Of a stretch of 64,000 nt of DNA, positions 55,531 to 64,000 are shown one piece after another; the stretch's first letter is position 1; every line of letters begins with the position of its first letter. Made by a program: the position numbers and the translations under genes. Below the pieces are notes generated by a model that did not search any database, had not been told where the DNA came from, and saw only the letters and a program-made list of their open reading frames with translations. The stretch covers positions 317,192,001 to 317,256,000 of the forward strand of contig OZ024741.1 in NCBI GenBank assembly GCA_964016885.1, given 5' to 3'. The DNA is from Eledone cirrhosa. Its lineage: Eukaryota.

Positions 55531-58500
55531 CTACAGAACAATGTAGAGAGAAGGCCCATTTACACGGGCCATTCTCGCTTCTTTCACCCACCTTTCATAA
55601 AACTGTCTGGGACCAAGCACTTCTCTCTCCATCCTGATTCTTCTTCCGAAGTGGTATCGGAAGAAGTAAACCAGGTGATGGCCGGAGAGAAAGTCACCCG
55701 ACCTCAGACCTTTCAGGCGCGTCCACCACACAACCTCTTTCATCATGGCTATTACGCACAGAAAGACCGCCTCTGCTTCATTTCTGAAGGGAGGAGGCGG
55801 CTTGATGTTCACCACAGACTCGGCGGTTAATCGAATCGGCGCCACACGCGACAGCAGTCGTTCGACGTAGCCCCACAGATCGGCAACGCCCGGGCAGTGT
55901 ACCAGTGCATGCGCAACGGTTTCCTCGTCGCGCACGCATCTGGGACAGATCTTTTTCGCGGGATCCCTGCCCGGGCGCCCGTGTCTGTAGAGCTTTTCTC
56001 GAACGGGCAGAGCCCCCCCGGTAACACTGCCAGGCTAGGGACCTCTGGAAGTTGTCCATGGGTCCCGGGCCGAAAGTTCTACCGAACAGGCTGGCCAGTT
56101 CGTCCTCCTCCATGCCTAGCGACTCTCCAAGGGTGTCGTCGCCCCTGCTAGCCACCAACCCTCTATAGAATGTCGAGGTGGATTCTCCACTGACAGTCGG
56201 GTCCGCTTGCCAGATAGCCGTGAGCGCCTGGGCACACTCAGTGTGCCAGTCGCCCAGTTTTCTCGGTCTTTGCTTCACCCAGGATTGCAGTTCGGTGAGC
56301 GAGACGAGCTGTGGGAAGGCTCGCCTCACAAACGGGGCCCACACCGGCTGACCGTTGAGGAATACCTGTAGATGCCGTAGCCTCAATGCGTGCCTACGCA
56401 TCAACAGCCACGGCATACCCAGCCCTCCTTTCGAAGGGTGCTGGCAGCAGATGGATCTCCTCACCATGGGAGGCCGCTTCTTCCAGAGGAACTGGAAGAG
56501 CATGCGTTCCATGATGGTGAGCTTTTCCTTGGGGCAAGGCACGACGGTCAGGCGGTAGTAGATGACGGACGCTATGTAAGCGTTCGTCACCTCCGCCCGA
56601 CCTTTCAGTGATAGTTTGCACTTGGCCCACTTCTGGGTCAGCGCAAACACCCTGCTCGTCACCTCGCCCCAATTCTTCTCCACCTGGAGGTCCGGTCCGA
56701 ACCAGACCCCGAGCAGCTTCACCGGGCCCTCCGTCCACCGCCCGACGACACCGTCTAACGGCATCGGTTTGCCCCTCCACGTTCCGAGTTGCAAACCGAC
56801 TGACTTGTCCTGGTTCAGCTTAGCCCCCGTCAGCCTTTCGTATTCCTCCAGTAGGGTGGCGATCGCCCCGATTTCCGAGGCGTCCGCCACCATTACTGTT
56901 ACGTCGTCGGCATAGGCCGAGACCGCTTTGTGCAATCCCGGTTCCAGGGGTATGCCCCGCAGCAACTCCAACTTCCGCAGCAGTGGCTCGAGAGTCAATA
57001 CGTACAGAAGGGAGGAGAGGGGGCACCCCTGTCTGATGGATCGGGTGATTTGAAACGGCTCCGAGAGGTAGCCGTTTACTTTAATCCTAGAGTAGATGTT
57101 GCCACTGTGCATGGCAGAAATCCAGCCCCTGAAAACGGGTCCGAAGCCCGCCGCCGCTAGCACCGCATCCAGGTAACCATGGTCGACCCTATCGAACGCC
57201 TTAGATTGATCCAAGTTGATCAGGGCCCCACCAAAGCCGGGTTCGTAGCCAACCCTCTCTATGATGTATCGCATGAGGTGGAGGTTGTCGTGAATGGACC
57301 TGGACGGGATAGCGCATGTCTGCGCGTCTCCCACCAAACCACCCACCACAAGCGCCAACCTCTTCGCCAACACCTTGGCCAAAATCTGTAACTCTGCATT
57401 CAGCAGAGTTATGGGCCTAAAGTTACTTAAGTCGTCCCCCTTGCTCTCGTCCTTCCTCACTAGCGTGACCACGCCCTTGGTCACAGAACAGGGAATTCTC
57501 CCGTTCTGTTGCCAGTTGCAATAGACAGCCTCGAGGAGTTCGGAGAACAAGACCGGCATAGCTAAATAAAGTTCGTATGGTAGACCATCGAGACCCGGGG
57601 ATTTGCGTCTGCTGCATTGGCTGAGCGCTTCCCCGATTTCAGTGGCTGTGATTGGCCCTTCGCAGCACTCCGCTTCGCCGCTCGAAAGACGCGGTAGACC
57701 GTCGAGGTATGGACCGAAGTCCACATCCCCGTCCGGCCCCCCGCCACCTCCGAACAGTCGAGCAAAGTGCCTTTGAAAGGTCTCGCACATTCGCTCAGGT
57801 TCAAGGATCACCCGTCCATCCTGGTCTCGCAAAGACCGAATGGTGGATTTAATCCCACTCTTGGCTTCTGTCACGCGGGCCCAGCTAACAGCTTTGGTCC
57901 CCTCGTTTCCTAAAGCACGTATTTTACTTCGGACAACGCAGCCTTCGTGCTTCGCGTCAAAGAACTGGCTCAATGCCGTTCTCGTCGCTAACACTCTGGC
58001 TACGTCTCCGCTCCTAATCGCCTCTTCTAGTTTATCTGTTAACTCCCTTTCCCTCCTATTTCTATTCGCCGCTAGTTCCTTACTGTAACCTATCGAACTT
58101 ACTCTAATCTCTCTCTTTAGAGATATCCACCACCTACTGTTGACGATCGCTCCCGTCAACCGCATCTTAACTAAGCTACTAATCCGGTTTCTGTAATCTT
58201 TCTTTGTCGGTAAGGACAAGTTCATCTTCCAGTAACCGGGACCCTGTCTATGCGTTCTATCAAGGTTGACCACGCAGGTCACTAATTTGTGATCTGAATA
58301 GCCAACCATGATCAGTTCTGGACAACTAAATACGTCCCTATCCTTACTCCTAACCAAAAACCTATCTAGGTACGATCTAGATTGTCCACTGCGGTTTGCC
58401 CAGGTCCAGGTTGGCGCAGTTGGACAATCTAGTCGAAATCTATCGACCAGGTCGAATCGATCGAGTAACCCCTTGAGGCTGCTACACCCCCCTCTATCGG

Positions 58501-58965
58501 GACATGCCCCTGCATAGTCCCAACGCGCATCTAGGATTCCATTCCAGTCCCCCACTAAAAGCAGGGAACGCGACGTTCCTAGAAAAGTCTCCAGACGTTG
58601 GAAGAAGTCGGCTCTCTCCGCCCCGAAGGGAGCATAAAGACCGACCAGTCTGAAAGCCCCGCCTTCACCACCTCCGACGTCCAGCACCAGTAATCGACCC
58701 CCCGGGTCCGAGTGAACAATCTGTACGTCGAGAGTCAGACGTTTATCCAGCAGTACGGCAACTCCCCCCCCCCCCCGCCTCCGGGTTGACAGAGAGATGC
58801 GTGCATCTCAAAGTCATCGAAGGCGGGCGCCAGCTGTCTCACGCTGCTGATCCGACTCTCGCAAACAACCATCACATCTATACTTTGTGACCTGAGGTCA
58901 CTTAGAAGCTTTGCTTGCTTCCAAGCTGAGCTCAGGCCACGCGCGTTCAAACAGCCAACTCTCAA
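55531..58965 (-). pseudogene. ORF2 of copy 2, broken only at two G homopolymers (58764-58776 and ~56013-56019)
   Basis: A 969-aa open segment with APE and RT motifs, plus N- and C-terminal pieces in adjacent frames. Confidence 0.9.
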
Positions 58966-58970
58966 TTGAT

Positions 58971-60806
58971 CTATTTTGGTGTTGAAAGTGAAGAAAGAAA
59001 AGCACTTACCTCTCCGGGTTGCGTAATTTCCATGGCATCAGGTGTGTTGGGTGGAGGGATGTTTTGTGGTGGTGTGGGGGTACACGTGTGTGGTGGGGTT
59101 GGGGTATTTGGAGTTGTGTCAGGGAGAGGGGCGGTTATGGGGAAATCTTTCAAGAGGACGCGATTCAACGGTTTTAAACAGGGGGGGCTCACGTCCCGTC
59201 TAAATTGTTCTTTTAAGGAACGATAAAGGTCCAGAGGGACCTTTATCATTTTTAAATGGGTGAAGTTCTCTGTTGAGATAAAGTTTGGCCCTTCGGTCTG
59301 CACCATAGGGTTATTGTTTATTAATTTAACCAGTTTTTTGTTTTCTTTATTTATATATGTGTATTGCAACGTCTTTTTTTGTGATGCTGTCAATGTTTCG
59401 GAGAGGGGAGGCGCAGATTTATTTTTGTTTGTTGAGGGTGGGGTGTTTTTGATTGGAGTTGGTGTTTGTGTGTGGGTTATTTGTGGTGTGCTGGGTGTGT
59501 GTTTTCTTTTTTTTCTTTTAACTTGTCTGAAGGCTTCTCCTCCTTCTTCTTCAGAAGTTGGGGGAAACTCTTCAGCGCTAGGTGGGAGGGACGTGTTGTG
59601 TGGTTGTTTTTTTTTTGCGGGAGGGGTAGATTTGTTACTGTTTTTTTTATTATTTGTTTGGAATGGGTTTTGTGGTGGTGGTGGTGGTAATGTTTGTGTC
59701 GTGCTTGTGGTTGGTAATGGTGGTGGTGATGTTTGTGTTGTGGTTGGTGGTGGTGATTTTTGTGTCGTGCTTGTGTTTGGTGCTGGTGGTGGTGATGTTT
59801 GTGTTGTGTTTGTGGTTGGTGGTGTCTGTATTTTGTTTGCTGTGTGTGGTATTAGTGTATTTTTGGAGGTGGGTGGTGCTGGTGTACTGTTTGTGGTGGG
59901 TGTGGGCAATAGTCCTTTTTGGGGGATACGTTTCGGGCAGTTAGCCTTAACGTGTCCCCTTTCCATGCATAAATAGCATGCTGGTCTTCTCCCCTCTACA
60001 ATTATGTCTATTGGGGTAAGGTCATCCAGCCAGATGCGATCCGGGATTTGTGCTATTCTTTCGGGCCTCATTTGGACTAGTATGTCGAGGCCCATTCCCA
60101 GGAACGCATCTCCAGTTGCCTTCCCCATTGACAGCATAGTGTCTTCGCCCATATCAATGAAGCCAGCAATAGCCCACCAGAAGTCCATTGTGGGCAGCAT
60201 TGTTTTTACTTTTATTCTTTGTGTTCTTCTACCCATGTAGGAGGGATAGAAGCTATATGTTGTCGACGAGAGTGGGCTTAGGGAAAGCTGAACCGCCGTT
60301 TCTTTGTCTCTTGTTAGGACCGAAATGCTGCCATAGAGTCGGTCCTTTCGTATGAAGAGAATATTCTTCATATAGTCTTTTAGGACTAACTCTATTTCCA
60401 TTTGGCTGGGCTGTGCTGGCTTTCTTGACTGGTTTAGTATAGTTCTGTATATAACTGTGTTTTCTGCTCTGGCTTTCTTGAATTCTGGGGGGGAGTTAAT
60501 GGAAAACATTCCGTTCTCCCCCAAAACAATATGTTTCTTTGCTTCGGCCAGTTTTTCTCTGGCGGCAGTTAGGTCAATTCGTGTGTATGTAATGGATTGC
60601 TTTGTTTTCTGGGCGAAAGTTGCCCTGTCGTTATTTGTATTATTTTCTGTTTGTTTGTTTTCTGTTTGCTCATTTTCCTTAACATTTGTTTTTTCATTTT
60701 GTTTGTTTGTTTCAATGTCTAATTTTGTTGTAATTATTTTTTGTTCTTCAGACTTGGGGGGCGTGGCAGAGCTAATGGCAGACATGTCTGCCATCTTTTC
60801 CGCCAT
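58971..60806 (-). CDS. Intact ORF1p (611 aa from MAEKM): zinc knuckle, TTQTSPPP repeats, basic KRKKRK patch
   Basis: Open frame with first ATG at 60806. Contains CYLCMERGHVKANC. Confidence 0.88.
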   Translation of the reverse strand: MAEKMADMSAISSATPPKSEEQKIITTKLDIETNKQNEKTNVKENEQTENKQTENNTNNDRATFAQKTKQSITYTRIDLTAAREKLAEAKKHIVLGENGMFSINSPPEFKKARAENTVIYRTILNQSRKPAQPSQMEIELVLKDYMKNILFIRKDRLYGSISVLTRDKETAVQLSLSPLSSTTYSFYPSYMGRRTQRIKVKTMLPTMDFWWAIAGFIDMGEDTMLSMGKATGDAFLGMGLDILVQMRPERIAQIPDRIWLDDLTPIDIIVEGRRPACYLCMERGHVKANCPKRIPQKGLLPTPTTNSTPAPPTSKNTLIPHTANKIQTPPTTNTTQTSPPPAPNTSTTQKSPPPTTTQTSPPPLPTTSTTQTLPPPPPQNPFQTNNKKNSNKSTPPAKKKQPHNTSLPPSAEEFPPTSEEEGGEAFRQVKRKKRKHTPSTPQITHTQTPTPIKNTPPSTNKNKSAPPLSETLTASQKKTLQYTYINKENKKLVKLINNNPMVQTEGPNFISTENFTHLKMIKVPLDLYRSLKEQFRRDVSPPCLKPLNRVLLKDFPITAPLPDTTPNTPTPPHTCTPTPPQNIPPPNTPDAMEITQPGEVSAFLSSLSTPK

Positions 60807-61009
60807 GCTGCCAAGAAAGAAATTTTTCGGCAAAAATAGATATTTATTTTACCCCCTAAAAAGGGGGTAAATGCAAAAATGTTTCCCTAAATAACAGGGG
60901 TTAGTGTTCCAAATGTGTTGCACTAAAAAATTTATCCGGTACTTACAATAGTAAGGGTAAATCCCGATGGAATAGCGGAGCCGATGCGAAGCGTGTCTTA
61001 CTCTATCAA

Positions 61010-61037
61010 GATAGATAGATAGATAGATAGATAGATA
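61010..61037. repeat. (GATA)7 joining Tx1 copies 2 and 3
   Basis: Pure tract with no other spacer. Confidence 0.98.
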
Positions 61038-64000
61038 AGTTTCTATTTATTTGCAACGGGGACACAAAAGAAGGGGACAAATACAAGGGGGGAGTTTACA
61101 TAAAGGAACGAGTAAAAACCAAATATAAAATATAAAATTAACAATACAGTCCTTAATAGGGATGAGGCGTTTTGGGGGTTACACACACCCCCCGAAAAAG
61201 TGTGCAACCCTTTTCTTTCGGAGCACAGAGAGGGGGTGCTCCTTTGCACTTCCACCTTTCCACCTACAGGCTGATAAAGAGAGAAGGCCCATTCACACGG
61301 GCCATTCTCGCTACTTTCACCCACCCAGAGAAAGGTGTCCGACCTCAGCCCTTTCAAACGTGTCCACCATACCACCTCTTTCAACATGGCTATTACACAG
61401 AGGAAGACCGCCTCTCCTTCATTTTTGAAGGAGGGAGGCGGCTTGATCGTTACAATGGACTCAGTGGTCAACCGGTTGGTCCCACCCGTGACAGCAGTCG
61501 TTCGCCATAGCCCTACAGATCGGCAATGCCCGAGCAGTGTACCAATGCGTGCGCAACGGTTTCCTCGTCGCGCACGCATCTGGGACAGATTTTTTTCGAG
61601 GGGTTCCTACCCGGGCGCCCGTGTCTGTAGAGCTTTTCTCGAACGGGCAACGCCCCTCGGTAGCACTGCCAGGCCAGGGACTTCTGGAAGTTGTCCATAG
61701 GTCCCGGGCCAAATGTCCTCCCGAATAGGCTGGCCAGTTCGTCTTCCTCCATGCCTAGGGCTTGTCCGAGGGCGTCGTCGCACCTACTAACCACCAGCCC
61801 TCTATAGAATGACGAGGTGGAGTCTCCACTGATAGCCGGGTCCGCCTGCCAGAGAGCCGTGAGCGCCTGGGAACAGTCGGTGTGCCAGGCGCCCAGTTTT
61901 CTCGGTCTTTGCTTGACCCAGGACTGCAGCTCGGTGAGCGAGACGAGTCTCGGAAAGGCTCGCCTCACAAACGGGGCCCACACCGGTTGACCGGTGAGGA
62001 ATACCTGGAGGTGCAGTAGCCTTAATGCGTGTTTACACATCAACAGCCACGGCATCCCCAGCCCTCCTTTCGAAGGGTGTTGACAACAGATGGATCTCCT
62101 CACCAAAGGAGCCCGCTTCTTCCAAAGGAATTGGAAGAGTGCGCGCTCCATTTTGGTGAGCGTTTCCCTTGAGCAAGGCACGACGGTCAGACGGTAATAG
62201 ATGACAGACGCTATATAAGCGTTCGCCACCTCCGCCCGACCTTTCAGGGATAGTTTGCACTCAGCCCACTTCCGCGTCAGCGCAAACACCCTGTTCGATA
62301 CCTCACCCCAGTTCTTCTCCACCTGGAGATCTGGCCCGAACCAGACCCCGAGCAACTTCACTGGGCCCTCCGTCCAACGTCCGACGACGCCGTTGGAGGC
62401 CATCGGTTTGCTCTTCCACTCGCTGAGTTGCAAACCGACTGACTTGTCCCGGTTCAGCTTAACCCCTGTAAACGTTTCGTATTCCTCCAGTAAGGTTCCG
62501 ATCACTCCGATTTCCGAGGCGGTTGACACCATTACTGTCACGTCATCGGCGTAGGTCGACACCGCTTTCTGCAATCCTGGTTCCAAAGGGATACCCTGTA
62601 ACAACTCCAACTTCCGCAGCAGTGGCTCTAGGGCCAATACATGCAGAAGGGAGGAGAGAGGGCATCCCTGTCGGATGGACCGCGTGATTTCGAACGGCTC
62701 CGAGAGGTAGCCGTTCACCTTGACCCTAGAGCAGATGCGGCTGCTGTGCATGGCAGTGATCCAGCCCCTGAAAACGGGTCAGAAACCTGCCGCCACTAGC
62801 ACCGCATCCAGGTAACCATGGTCGACCCTATCGAACGCCTTATATTGATCCAAGTTGATCAGGGCCCCACCAAAGCCGGGTTCGTTCCCAACCCTCTCTA
62901 TGATGTATCTCATGAGATGGAGGTTGTCGTGAATGGACCTGGACGGGATGGCGCATGTTTGCGCATCTCCCACCAGGTTGCCCACGTCAAGCGCCAACCT
63001 CTTTGCTAACACCTTGACCAAAATCTTTAACTCTGCATTTAGCAGTGTTATGGGCCTAAAATTACTTATTTCATCCCCCTTGTTCTCGTCCTTCCTCACT
63101 AGCGAGACTACGCCCTTGGTCACAGAACAGGGAATTCTCCCGTTCTGTTGCCAGTTGCAGTAGACCGCTTCGAGGAGATCGAAGAACAAGTGCGGCATAC
63201 TTAAATACAGTTCGTATGGAAGACCATCGAGGCCCGGAGATTTTCGTCTGCCGATTTGGCTCAGCACGTCCCCTATTTCAGCAGCTGAGATCGGCCTCTC
63301 GCAGGACTTCGCCTCCTTGTCCGAAAGACGCGGCAGGCCGTCGAGGTATGGACCGAGGTCCACATCCCCATCCAGCCCCTCGTCCCTTCCGAACAATCGG
63401 GCAAAGTGCCTTTGAAAGGCCTCGCACATCTGCTTAGGTTCAAGGATCACCCGTCCATCCTGGTCTCGCAAGACCGAATAGTGGATCTAGTCCCACTTTT
63501 GGCTTCTGTCACGCGGGCCCAGCTAACAGCTTTGGTCCCCTCGTTTCCCAGAGCACGTATTTTGCTTCGGACAACGCAGCCTTCGTGTTTCGCGTCGAAG
63601 AACTGGCCCAAGGCCGTTCTCGACGCTAGCACTCTGGCCACGTTGCCGCTTCTAATTGCCTCTTCTACACTATCTACCAACTCCCTTTCCTTCCTATTTC
63701 TATCTGAGGCTAACGCCTTACTAACTCCTATTGAAACTACTCTAATCTCTCTTTTGAGAGAGCCCCACCACCTGCTGTTGACGATGGCGCCAGTCAACCG
63801 CTCCTTAACTAAAGTGCTAATCCTGTCCCTGTAAGCCTTACTTGCCGGTAAGGACAAGTTGAGCTTCCAGTAACCGGGTCCCTGTCTATGCGTTCTATCA
63901 AGGTTGACCATGGAGGTCACTAACTTGTGGTCTGAATAGCCAACCATGAGCATTTTTGGACAACTTAAAAAGTTCCTATCCTTATTTCTAACTAAGAACC
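61038..64000 (-). mobile_element. Tx1-clade LINE copy 3: diverged subfamily, decayed ORF2, runs off the window
   Basis: Homologous ORF2 with many substitutions, stops (~61513, ~62779), a frameshift at ~63470 and a deletion at ~61330. Same 3' terminus next to GATA. Confidence 0.93.

Larger units (their letters stand above)
55299..61009 (-). mobile_element. Full-length Tx1-clade LINE, copy 2
   Basis: Same termini as copy 1 (...CTTACTCTATCAA|GATA and GATA|AATTTCTATTTATTTGCC). Confidence 0.95.

Noticed and set aside
49518-61009. Tx1 copies 1 and 2 as a segmental duplication or LTR element
   Set aside because: Repeat boundaries coincide exactly with LINE termini, no flank is duplicated, and there are no LTR, integrase or protease signatures.

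Overview
Eukaryotic, AT-rich, microsatellite-saturated DNA. I found no convincing host exon. The SINE families and microsatellite load resemble an octopod cephalopod genome (inference from recall, not checked). Almost all ORFs in the track are translations of (TA)n, (CA)n, (TATG)n or (AAC)n. The real coding content is retrotransposon-derived. (1) 49518-64000: a head-to-tail array of three Tx1/L1-group LINEs on the minus strand. Two are full length (~5.7 kb) and the third is more diverged and runs off the window. They are joined only by pure (GATA)n tracts, which appear to be both the element's 3' tail and its insertion target. (2) 27466-32922: a nested cluster of R4/Dong-like RLE retrotransposons and a bipartite non-autonomous RTE, every junction lying in (TATG)n. 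(3) Several Penelope-like remnants carrying hammerhead ribozyme motifs, often as inverted pairs, one downstream of a tRNA-like cassette. (4) RTE, CRE-like and Helitron remnants, many tRNA-derived SINEs (some in tandem), and (TA)n-centred fold-back palindromes. Boundaries of decayed elements are approximate.
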